NCBI GenBank assembly: GCA_041164325.1
Contig: JBEAPQ010000009.1
Coordinates: 1 to 46,699, forward strand
DNA: 46,699 bases
From: Planctomycetota bacterium
Lineage (GTDB): Bacteria; Planctomycetota; UBA1135; UBA2386
Reading direction: 5' to 3'
In this document: positions 27,746 through 37,413 of the stretch, piece by piece
Layout: each line of letters opens with the position of its first letter
Numbering within the stretch: position 1 is the stretch's first letter
The notes under the pieces: generated by a model
What the model saw: only the letters and a program-made list of their open reading frames with translations
Told to the model about the DNA's origin: nothing
The model's database searches: none
Made by a program: the position numbers and the translations under genes

Positions 27746-29356
27746 ATGTCGGACAACGAGCCGATCCCGCTCTTCCTCGCGGGGCTGGTGTTCTTCTTCC
27801 TCGGCCTCGACGCGATCAAGACCGGGCTCCGCGGGCTCGCCAGCCGGTCGGTCCGCGACCGGGCGCGGGCCGTCGTCGCCAGCCCGCTCCGCGCAGCGGT
27901 CGTCGGCATGGGCTTCGGGGCGGTGAGCCAGAGCGCGACCGCGGTCTCGATGGTCCTGTCCGGCCTGATCTCGGCCGGCATGGTGCCGATGCGGCGCGCG
28001 CTCTCGATCGTCGCCTGGGCCAACCCGGGAACGGCGGCCATCACGTTCCTCGCCGCCATCAACCTCCAGGCGGCCACGCTCTGGCTGATCGGCCTCGTCG
28101 GGTTGCTGATGCGGCAGAAGCGGCTCCTGCAGGCGCGCGCGCTCCTCGGCGCGCTGCTCGGCATCGGGCTGATGCTGTTCGGACTGCTCCAGCTGAAGCG
28201 GGCCGCAGCGCCGCTTCCCCAGGCCGAGTGGTTCGGAGCCGTCACTTCGATCCTCAACGCGTCGCTGCTCGTCGCCTTCGGGATCGGGGCCGTGCTCCGC
28301 GTCGGGATCCAGAGTTCGAGCGGAATCGCGGTCATCCTCATCGCGCTGTGCAGCCGCGACGTGCTGGCCGTCGACCGCGCGCTGATGGTCGTGCACGGCA
28401 CGTCGCTCGGCATCGGGATCTCGGTCCTGCTGATGGGAGGCGGATTCCGGGGCGAGGCGCTGCGGATCGCCTACTTCCAGGCGATCGTCAACGCGCTGTC
28501 GGGCGCATTCCTCGCCGTCTGGCTGCTGGCGGCTTCGCTGACCGGGCTGCCGTCGCTGCTGGATCTCTGCACCACCCTCCGCCTGAACACCGAGACGTCG
28601 CTCGCCTTGGGCTTCCTCGTCCAGATGCTGCTCTGCCCGCTGTCTGGATACCTGCTCCGGAACCGGATCGAGACGCTGCTCGTCCGGCTCGCGCCGGAGT
28701 CGGTCGAGCACGCGCTGGCCCGACCGCGCTACCTGACGGAGTCCGACGTCGAAGAGCCGGAGATCGCGATCGAACTCGTCACCAAGGAGCAGCTGCGGAT
28801 GCTCGAGGCGATGCCGCCGCTGCTCGATGCGGCGCGTTCTGACCAGGGCGCCTCGTCGGGTCTGGACAGCGACGCACTGCTGCCGAGCCTCCGCGACCTG
28901 CACACGGAGATCGGCGACTTCCTTGCCGAGGTGCTCGAGCGAGCCAATGCGGCCGAGACGACACGGGGGTTCCTGATGGCCAGCGAACGGCAGCAGGCGC
29001 TCGGCGAGCTCGCGTCGAACCTCGACTCCCTGGCGCGTACGGTCGTGTCGATCCACGCCGATTCGCCCGCCAGGAGGCTCGGAGGCATCCTGGTCGAGAG
29101 CGCCGACGTGATGCTGCATACCGCGATCGACGCATGCCGGGACGACGATCCGCTCGACCGGGACATGCTCGTGCACGTCACCGCCGACCGCGGGGACCAG
29201 ATGGAGTCCATCCGCGCGCAGGCCGCAGATGCAGACTCCGGCTCCCCGCGGGAGCAGGCGCAGATCCTGTATGCGGCGAGTCTCTTCGAGCGCACGGCCT
29301 ACCTGATCCGGCGTGCGGCCGCCGCGGCCGAGCCACTCGGCGCGACCGACTCTTGA
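27746..29356 (+). CDS. Na/Pi cotransporter family protein with a PhoU-like C-terminal region
   Basis: The N-terminal half is polytopic, with two divergent repeat motifs (AWANPGTAAITFLAA and VHGTSLGIGISVLL). The C-terminal half is a soluble helical region, as in YjbB-type proteins. Confidence 0.65.
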   Translation: MSDNEPIPLFLAGLVFFFLGLDAIKTGLRGLASRSVRDRARAVVASPLRAAVVGMGFGAVSQSATAVSMVLSGLISAGMVPMRRALSIVAWANPGTAAITFLAAINLQAATLWLIGLVGLLMRQKRLLQARALLGALLGIGLMLFGLLQLKRAAAPLPQAEWFGAVTSILNASLLVAFGIGAVLRVGIQSSSGIAVILIALCSRDVLAVDRALMVVHGTSLGIGISVLLMGGGFRGEALRIAYFQAIVNALSGAFLAVWLLAASLTGLPSLLDLCTTLRLNTETSLALGFLVQMLLCPLSGYLLRNRIETLLVRLAPESVEHALARPRYLTESDVEEPEIAIELVTKEQLRMLEAMPPLLDAARSDQGASSGLDSDALLPSLRDLHTEIGDFLAEVLERANAAETTRGFLMASERQQALGELASNLDSLARTVVSIHADSPARRLGGILVESADVMLHTAIDACRDDDPLDRDMLVHVTADRGDQMESIRAQAADADSGSPREQAQILYAASLFERTAYLIRRAAAAAEPLGATDS

Positions 29357-29425
29357 GTTCCTCGAGAGCGAGGTCGAGGATCCTCGCCCGACCGGTGGCT
29401 TCCCGCCAGCGGACCGGACCGCTCC

Positions 29426-30699
<1,274 letters not shown>

Positions 30700-30703
<4 letters not shown>

Positions 30704-32070
30704 ACCCGATCCTGATCGGCATCCTCGCCTACGTCTCGATCCAGATCGCGATCGGCGTCGTCGTCTCCCGGCGCATCGAGACCGAAGACGACTACCTCGT
30801 GGCGGGTCGCCGCCTGGGTCCGACGCTCGCCACCGTCTCGATCTTCGCGACGTGGTTCGGTGCTGAGACCTGCGTCGGCGCCACCGGCTCGCTCTACGCG
30901 GACGGGCTCGGGGCCCACTCCGTGGAGCCGTTCGCCTACGGCATCTGCCTCGTCGCCATGGGGCTCGTCTTCGCGCGGCCGATGTGGCGCGCGGGCGTGA
31001 CGACGCTCGCCGACCTGTTCCGCACGCGCTTCGGGCCGTCGGTCGAGACCACTGCCGCCGTCGTCCTCATTCCGACGTCGCTGTTCTGGGCTGCAGCGCA
31101 GGTGCGGGCCTTCGGGCAGGTGCTGGCCACGTCGGCCGGGGTCGAGGTCGCGACCGGCGTCGCGATCGCGGCCGCGATCGCCATCGTCTACACGATGTGC
31201 GGCGGCCTGTTGGCGGACGTCTTCACCGACCTGATCCAGGGCGTGGCGCTGGTCCTCGGCCTCGTCGTCGTCACCGTCGCCGTGGTGGCCTCGGTCGGCG
31301 GACCGGCGACCGCACTCGAGCTCCTCGCCACGGCCCCGCCCGAGCGGCCGGCAGCGGAGCCGCTCCCCCTCCTCGATGTTCTCGAGGCCTGGGCACTGCC
31401 GATCCTCGGGTCGATCACCGCCCAGGAAGTCATCTCCCGCTCGCTGGCCTCACGGTCTGCCCAGGTCGCCCGCGGCGCCGCGATCACCGGCGGCCTCGCC
31501 TACCTCCTGGTCGGGCTGATGCCCGTCTCGATCGGGCTCCTCGCTGCACACACCACGCCGAATCTGGAGGACGCGGACCAGGTCCTCGCGACCGTCGCCG
31601 CCGCACACCTGCCCACGTTCGGCTACGTGTTGTTCGCGGGCGCGCTGATCTCCGCGATCCTGTCCACGGTCGACAGCGCGCTCTTGGCCGCGTCTTCGAT
31701 CCTGTCCCGCAACGTCCTCCTCGCGGGTCGCACCGGGGTCCCGCAGGCGACCCGGATCCGCACCGCGCGCCTTGCCGTGCTCGGCTTCGGTGTCGTGGCC
31801 TGGCTGCTCGCCCACGACGCCGAACGGGTCTTCGACCTGATCGAGAACGCGTCCGGCTTCGGGAGCGCAGGCATCCTGGTCGTCACCTGTTTCGGTCTGT
31901 TCACGCGGATCGGCGGAACGCGAGCCGCGATCCTGTCCCTCGTCTTCGGTGCGGTGACGTGGATGGTCGGCGCCTACGTCGCGACCGACTTCCCCCATCC
32001 GTTCCTGGCGTCGCTGGCTGCAGCCCTCGTGGGCTACGGCATCGGCTGCGCACGCCCGGCCCGCGGCTGA
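30700..32070 (+). CDS. Sodium:solute symporter (SSS) family transporter
   Basis: There are about 12-13 hydrophobic helices, and the N-terminus RIETEDDYLVAGRRLGP...FATWFGAETCVG is SSS-type. The ATG overlaps the M19 stop as ATGA. Confidence 0.85.
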
Positions 32071-32074
32071 CGGA

Positions 32075-33232
32075 TCAGCTGTCCGACGCGGCGAGACGGC
32101 CGTTGCCGGTCACGATGCCGCGCTTGCTCTGCGAGCGCACGTAGGACTCCATGGCGTCGCCCTGCTGCTCCATGCTCGCGACCATCGCGAACTGGACGCG
32201 GGCACGGTCGAGGTTGTGGCCCTCGCGGCCCACCTTGAAGTAGACGTCGCCGTTCAGGTGGTCCGCGAGGAAGCGCAGGCCGATCGTGTAGGTCACGAGC
32301 CGCGCCGCGAACGGCATCAGCCGGATCTCGTCGTCGGACAGGAACGACGAGGCGCTCGCGAGGTAGCCGTCGACGAGCGCCTTGTAGAGCTCGAAGTCGG
32401 TGCCGACCTGGTGGAGGTCGGTCTCGTCTTCCTTGCTCTTGGCCGCGGTGAACCGGACGAGATCCCCGAAGTCGTAGAGCGAGTAGCCCGGCATGCACGT
32501 GTCGAGGTCGACCACGCAGATCGCATGGCCAGCCTGATCGCAGAACAGGACGTTGTTCAGCTTGGTGTCACCGTGGACGACGCGCCGCGGGAAGCGCCCG
32601 ATCCGCATCGCCGCCTCGATGACATCGACCATGTCGCGGCGCGCTGCGACGAAAGTCAGCTCCGCCTGGGCTCCCGCCACCCGATCCGGATCGCCCTTGG
32701 CGACGGCCTCGTCGAGCTGGCGCATCCGGTAGGGCGAGCTGAAGAAGTTCGGGATGGTCATCCGGAGCTGGGACACGTCCAGCCCGGCGAGATCCGCCTG
32801 GAACTGGCCGAACGCCCGGGCAGCGAGGAACGCCTGCTCGGGACCTTCGCAGCGATCGAGGCTGCGTGTCCCCTCGATGAACACGTAGGTCCGCCACGGC
32901 CCCGTGGAGGCCTCGACGAAGCTCCGGCCCGCGCGGGTCGGCACGAGCTCCAGCGCGTGCATGTGCGAATCGACGTCGGGGTCGCCGTAGTGCGACGCGA
33001 GGTGCGACGTGATGCACTCGATGTTGTTCATCAGCGCCGGCACGTCCCGGAAGACCCGGTGGTTGACGCGCTGGTGGAGGAACCGCTGCTCCGCCCCGCT
33101 CCCCATCCGGAAGCGGGAGATGAACGTGTCGTGGATGTGTCCACGCTCGAACCGCTCGAGAGTCAGGAGCTCACCGTCGATGGCGAACTCGGAGACGACC
33201 TCGCGGGCCGCTGCATCGGCTTGGACGTTCAC
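32075..33232 (-). CDS. nahK: N-acetylhexosamine 1-kinase-like phosphotransferase (APH/NahK family)
   Basis: The blocks HGDTKLNNVLF, VVDLDTCMPGYSLYDFGDLVRF, RFLADHLNGDVYF and GHNLDRARVQF closely parallel the Bifidobacterium NahK (LnpB) sequence as I recall it. The start codon is GTG. Confidence 0.75.
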   Translation of the reverse strand: MNVQADAAAREVVSEFAIDGELLTLERFERGHIHDTFISRFRMGSGAEQRFLHQRVNHRVFRDVPALMNNIECITSHLASHYGDPDVDSHMHALELVPTRAGRSFVEASTGPWRTYVFIEGTRSLDRCEGPEQAFLAARAFGQFQADLAGLDVSQLRMTIPNFFSSPYRMRQLDEAVAKGDPDRVAGAQAELTFVAARRDMVDVIEAAMRIGRFPRRVVHGDTKLNNVLFCDQAGHAICVVDLDTCMPGYSLYDFGDLVRFTAAKSKEDETDLHQVGTDFELYKALVDGYLASASSFLSDDEIRLMPFAARLVTYTIGLRFLADHLNGDVYFKVGREGHNLDRARVQFAMVASMEQQGDAMESYVRSQSKRGIVTGNGRLAASDS

Positions 33233-33356
33233 AGGGGTGCGGGACGGAACTGCGGAGGGAGTGTCGAGAGAGGAGGGTCGGTCGACGCCGGAAACTTACC
33301 CCGCATCCTGACTTCGGTCGGCTCTCGTGCAAAGTTCTGTCGTCGGGTGACACCAA

Positions 33357-34448
33357 GTGTCGTTGCGGCCGAACCGTGCGCCGCGTGGATTCCGACCCGG
33401 GTCCCCGCGGCCGCTCGGATGGGCCGACCCGGTTCGCACTGGCCGCCGTTCCGGACCACCGACAGAATCGCCGCGCTTGGAAGACCTTCCGCTGCACCCC
33501 GACCGATCGGCGAGGACGCTCGCGGTCCGCGCGACCCCGGGACCCGGGCCCTTCGCAGCGCCCGGCCCCGGCAGCGCCGATGCGCGGGTCGACCTGAAGC
33601 TGCTGCTGCACGAGGCTCGTGTCGCGCTGGCCGAGCGGGGCACCGAAGCCGCGCGCCGACGCTTCGCCGACATCGACGCGCCGCACCTGCTCGCTGGCAC
33701 GATCCAGGACGGGACCGCACGGGGCGTGATGGCGGCGCTCGAGGAAGTCCTTTCCCTTTGCTCCGGTACACCCGGACTCCGCCCGGAAGACCGCGTCGCC
33801 GACGAAGAGGCACAGGTGTTCGAGGGGCGGGAGCTCCGCCGGAAGAAGGACATCCTGGTCGCCTCGGCAGGCAGCCGGATCCGCTGGTCCCGCAAGGGAG
33901 GAGTCCTGCTCGTCGACCGCGAACACGGCATCCACGCCGAGGACTGCATCCGCTTCGAAGACCGGAGAGATCTCGGCGACCTCGACGGATTCGTTCCGGA
34001 CACGGCCGAGCGACCGCGTCTGTTCTCTCCGGCGTTCCTGGGAGCGGCGCGGCTGACCCAGGGACCGACCTTCGACCGGCTCGAGCTGGTCGGGCGACTG
34101 GGTCGACGCGCCGACGGCTTTCCGTGCCGCGTCGACTTCATCGGCGACAAGCAGGAGTCCCAGGTCCGGATGGTGGTACGCATCGTCAATCGCCACGACG
34201 ACCACCGGCTCCGCGTCCGTTTCCTCGGCTGCCGGAATCCGGCCGCGGTGCCGAGCGCAGGCACCCCCGGCTACTCCGAGGTCCTCGCCCACAGCCGGTG
34301 GTTCCTGGCTGCCACGCTGGTCCGTGCCTGCGGTCGGCTGCAGACCGGCGACGGCGGCACGGTGGCAACCCCGGCAGCCCAGGTCCACGGTGAACTGCGC
34401 CACGAGTTCCGGCTCGGCGGTGCCCCGTGGGTCGCGACCCCGTCCTGA
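33357..34448 (+). CDS. GH38 (alpha-mannosidase family) C-terminal-region-like protein lacking the catalytic N-domain; possible remnant
   Basis: IRFEDRRDLGDLDGFVPD resembles the GH38 FED..D.GD.Y.F.P block. NRHDDHRLRVRF resembles the DHRLRV block, and ATLVRACGRL...TPAAQVHGE resembles the distal TLLRA...Q..G block. GC3 is strong from about 33590 onward. The start is uncertain. Confidence 0.4.
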   Translation: MSLRPNRAPRGFRPGSPRPLGWADPVRTGRRSGPPTESPRLEDLPLHPDRSARTLAVRATPGPGPFAAPGPGSADARVDLKLLLHEARVALAERGTEAARRRFADIDAPHLLAGTIQDGTARGVMAALEEVLSLCSGTPGLRPEDRVADEEAQVFEGRELRRKKDILVASAGSRIRWSRKGGVLLVDREHGIHAEDCIRFEDRRDLGDLDGFVPDTAERPRLFSPAFLGAARLTQGPTFDRLELVGRLGRRADGFPCRVDFIGDKQESQVRMVVRIVNRHDDHRLRVRFLGCRNPAAVPSAGTPGYSEVLAHSRWFLAATLVRACGRLQTGDGGTVATPAAQVHGELRHEFRLGGAPWVATPS

Positions 34449-34660
34449 CGCGCTGCGACGGAGCCCCGTGCGGACGGCCCGGGACGGGTTGTCCACACGA
34501 CTTCGAACGCTGACCCGACGGAGCCGATGCGCCGTCTGCGCTCGCCCCGGTCCGACCGTCTACGAACGCTGGCATCGGAGCTTGCGAATCCCCAGGGCGG
34601 ATGCACACTGGGCGGTCCCTCGCTCCCCGCCGTCCACGACCTTCCCCCGGGTCGATCGGC

Positions 34661-35923
34661 ATGCTCGACTTCCTCTCCTTCGCACTCGGCGCCGCGGTCG
34701 CGGCGCTCCTGGTCCCGTTCCTGTGCGCGCGCCTCGCGCGGCGCAGGGAGTCTGCGGAGGAGGCTCCTGCGCCCGCGCCGGCCACGACACCACGCAGCGG
34801 GCCGGAGCGCGTCGAGGTCGAGCTCGCACGGCGACTCCTCGACGAGACGACCCGCGACCTCGAGACGTTGGCCAACGGACTGGGTGAAGAGCTCGCGACG
34901 ATGGCCTCCGCCATCGAGGGCCACGCCCAGCTGCTGTGCGAGGGGCTCGGTGATCCACAGGTCCTCGCGGTGCGTGCGGACCGGCTGTGGACCGGCGTTC
35001 GGCGGCTGCGGATGTTCAGCGAGAAGATCCTGTCGTTCGGTCAGGTCGACACGCTGCCCATCGCGCCCGTCGATGCGCGGGCGGCACTCGATCAGATCGC
35101 ACAGGAAATCGAGGAGACCGGCGCACGCCTGAAGGTCCGCGTGACCAGCTCCGGCTACCTGCCGCCGATGCTCGCCAACGAGCGCGCGCTGCGGAATGCG
35201 GCGCTGTTCCTCGTCGATACCCTGCTCCGCATCGAGACGCGGGCCAGCCGCCTCGAGCTCCGCGCCCATGCCGAGGTGTTCGACGACCAGGCGACGCGGG
35301 TGCGCATCGAGATCTGGGCCGAGGCCGATGATTCCGGCGCCCCGCACGCCCCGACGGACCACGCGGTCCACCTGGGCTACATCGCCGCGCGCAACCTGCT
35401 CGAGGCCCAGGGAGCGCGGCTGGCGTTCGACGAGGTCGAGGGCCTGTCGGTGGCATGCTTCCTCAGCTTCCCGACGACCCAGGAGACGGGCGTGCTGCCC
35501 GAGCCCACGGAGCCCGAAGCACCTTTCGTGGAGCGAACGCCGCACCACTACGGCGGTGCGCTGATCCTCGAGAGCGACCCGGAGGTCCGCTCGCTGATCG
35601 CCCACGAACTCCAGGCACTCGGCCGCAAGATGGTGTCCTGCGTCGACGGAGCCTCGGCCCGTTCGCTCCTCGAGGCGACTCCGGACCGTTTCGAGATGGC
35701 CGTCCTCTCGGCGGACGCCCGAGTCGAAGGTGGATGCTCGATCGCTGCTCTGGCGGCCGAGCGGATCCCGCACGTCCGCATCCTGCTGTTGACCACGCGC
35801 CCCATCGCGCCGAGCGATCTTCCCGAGACGGCCGCAGTGCACGTGCTCCAGAAGCCGTTCGGACTCCAGGAGCTCCGGGACACGATCCGCCACATGGCGG
35901 GTTCCCCGGCGACGCCGCTCTGA
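34661..35923 (+). CDS. Membrane-anchored histidine-kinase-like protein with degenerate ATPase boxes and a C-terminal receiver-like domain
   Basis: There is an N-terminal TM helix (MLDFLSFALGAAVAALLVPFL). The DHp-like helix contains ASAIEGHAQLL and the N-box-like segment is ALRNAALFLVDTLL, but there is no clear DxGxG. The C-terminal segment ALILESDPEVR...MAVLSADAR...VLQKPF is REC-like. Confidence 0.55.
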   Translation: MLDFLSFALGAAVAALLVPFLCARLARRRESAEEAPAPAPATTPRSGPERVEVELARRLLDETTRDLETLANGLGEELATMASAIEGHAQLLCEGLGDPQVLAVRADRLWTGVRRLRMFSEKILSFGQVDTLPIAPVDARAALDQIAQEIEETGARLKVRVTSSGYLPPMLANERALRNAALFLVDTLLRIETRASRLELRAHAEVFDDQATRVRIEIWAEADDSGAPHAPTDHAVHLGYIAARNLLEAQGARLAFDEVEGLSVACFLSFPTTQETGVLPEPTEPEAPFVERTPHHYGGALILESDPEVRSLIAHELQALGRKMVSCVDGASARSLLEATPDRFEMAVLSADARVEGGCSIAALAAERIPHVRILLLTTRPIAPSDLPETAAVHVLQKPFGLQELRDTIRHMAGSPATPL

Positions 35924-36040
35924 TCGGAAGAGCCCCGCGAGTCGGCTCGGTTTCCGAACGGGTGCCGCGCACGGGTTCCGGTATCCTGTTCGCCCCGGAT
36001 CGGCCCCCTGCCGGTCCCTGGACCCGCAGAGGAGCCCCCG

Positions 36041-36760
36041 CTGTCCCGTTCTGACGACCGCACCGACGACGCGTTCCGACCGATCCGGATCGAACGCGGC
36101 TTCACCGACCGCGCCGCGGGGTCGGTCTTGATCGACGCGGGCCAGACCCGGGTACTGTGCACCGTCACGATCCAGGACTCGGTCCCCCAGTGGATGACCG
36201 GGCAGGGTCGCGGCTGGCTGACCGCCGAGTACTCGATGCTGCCCGCATCGACCCGGAGCCGGAAGCCCCGCGACGGCCGCAACGGACGCGTCGACGCGCG
36301 TTCGCTCGAGATCCAGCGGTTGATCGGCCGCGCGCTGCGGGCCGTCGTCGACCTGAAGGCCCTGCCCGAAGTCACGCTCTGGATCGACTGTGACGTCATC
36401 AACGCCGACGGCGGCACGCGGACGACGGCGATCAACGGCGCCTGCGTGGCGCTGCACGACGCGCTGCGCACCCTGGAAGCCGCAGGACGGCTGAGCAAGT
36501 GGCCGATGCAGGGCCTCGTCTCGGCGATCTCGGTCGGCCTCGTCAAGGGCCGCTTCCTCGTCGACCTCGACTACAAGGAAGACTCCGCAGCCGATGTCGA
36601 TCTGAACGTGGTCCGGCTGTCCGACGGCCGCCTCGTCGAGATCCAGGGCTCGGCGGAAGGCCGTCCCTTCGCCCGCACCGACCTCGACCGCATGATCAGC
36701 TTGGCCGACGACGCGTGCCGCCGGATCGAAGAGATCCAGTCCGGAGTCCTCGCCCGATGA
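36041..36760 (+). CDS. rph: Ribonuclease PH
   Basis: RPIRIERGFTDRAAGSVLIDAGQTRVLCTV...GWLTAEYSMLPAST...EIQRLIGRALR...DCDVINADGGTRTTAINGA. The conserved N-terminus lies upstream of the first ATG (36128). A CTG at 36041 preceded by GAGGAG is the best start candidate. Confidence 0.85.
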   Translation: MSRSDDRTDDAFRPIRIERGFTDRAAGSVLIDAGQTRVLCTVTIQDSVPQWMTGQGRGWLTAEYSMLPASTRSRKPRDGRNGRVDARSLEIQRLIGRALRAVVDLKALPEVTLWIDCDVINADGGTRTTAINGACVALHDALRTLEAAGRLSKWPMQGLVSAISVGLVKGRFLVDLDYKEDSAADVDLNVVRLSDGRLVEIQGSAEGRPFARTDLDRMISLADDACRRIEEIQSGVLAR

Positions 36761-37413
36761 GCGCACCCACGGTCTGGATCGCCTCCGGCAACGCCAAGAA
36801 GCGCGTCGAGCTCGAGCGCCTGTTCGCCGGGCATCTCCCCTACCCGGTCCGTAGCCTCGGCGAAGCCCCGACTCCGATCGACTGGGACGAGGACGCGCCA
36901 GATTTCGCGGGCAACGCCGCGATCAAGGCGAGCACGGTCGCACGGGCTGTCGGCAGCTACGCGCTGGCAGACGATTCAGGCCTCGTCGTCGACGCTCTCG
37001 GCGGCGCTCCCGGCGTGCACTCGGCCCGCTACGCGGGCCCCGACGCGACCGATGCCGACCGCATCGTCAAACTGCTGGCAGAGCTGGCAGATGCGCCCGC
37101 ACCGCGCACGGCGCGGTTCGTCTGCCACGTGTGCCTCGCCGCCCCTGACGGAACGATCCTCGCTCGCTTCGAGGAGACGTGCGAGGGCTCGATCCTTACC
37201 GCCCGTCGAGGCGACGGCGGCTTCGGCTACGATCCCGTCTTCGTCCCGGACGCGACCCGCGACCAGGAACCCGCCCCGACCTTCGCCGAACTCGACCCCG
37301 CGACGAAGGACGCGATCAGCCACCGCGGCAAGGCCTTGCGCCGGCTGCTCGCGTGGCTCTCCGAGAACCCCCTCCTGCCCGGGCCCGTGTGCCCGACCGA
37401 CCCCACGCCGTGA
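36757..37413 (+). CDS. rdgB: Non-canonical purine NTP pyrophosphatase (RdgB/HAM1)
   Basis: IASGNAKKRVELE, FAGNAAIKA, ADDSGLVVDALGGAPGVHSARYAG, GFGYDPVF and ISHRGKA. The ATG overlaps the rph stop as ATGA. Confidence 0.9.
   Translation: MSAPTVWIASGNAKKRVELERLFAGHLPYPVRSLGEAPTPIDWDEDAPDFAGNAAIKASTVARAVGSYALADDSGLVVDALGGAPGVHSARYAGPDATDADRIVKLLAELADAPAPRTARFVCHVCLAAPDGTILARFEETCEGSILTARRGDGGFGYDPVFVPDATRDQEPAPTFAELDPATKDAISHRGKALRRLLAWLSENPLLPGPVCPTDPTP

Noticed and set aside
32216-34393. 725-aa plus-strand ORF running antisense through the nahK-like gene and on into the GH38-like region in another frame
   Set aside because: The NahK-like protein on the minus strand matches a known family block for block. 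The long ORF is Arg/Pro/Gly-rich and has no motifs. The frame starting at 33357 has better codon bias and GH38-like blocks.
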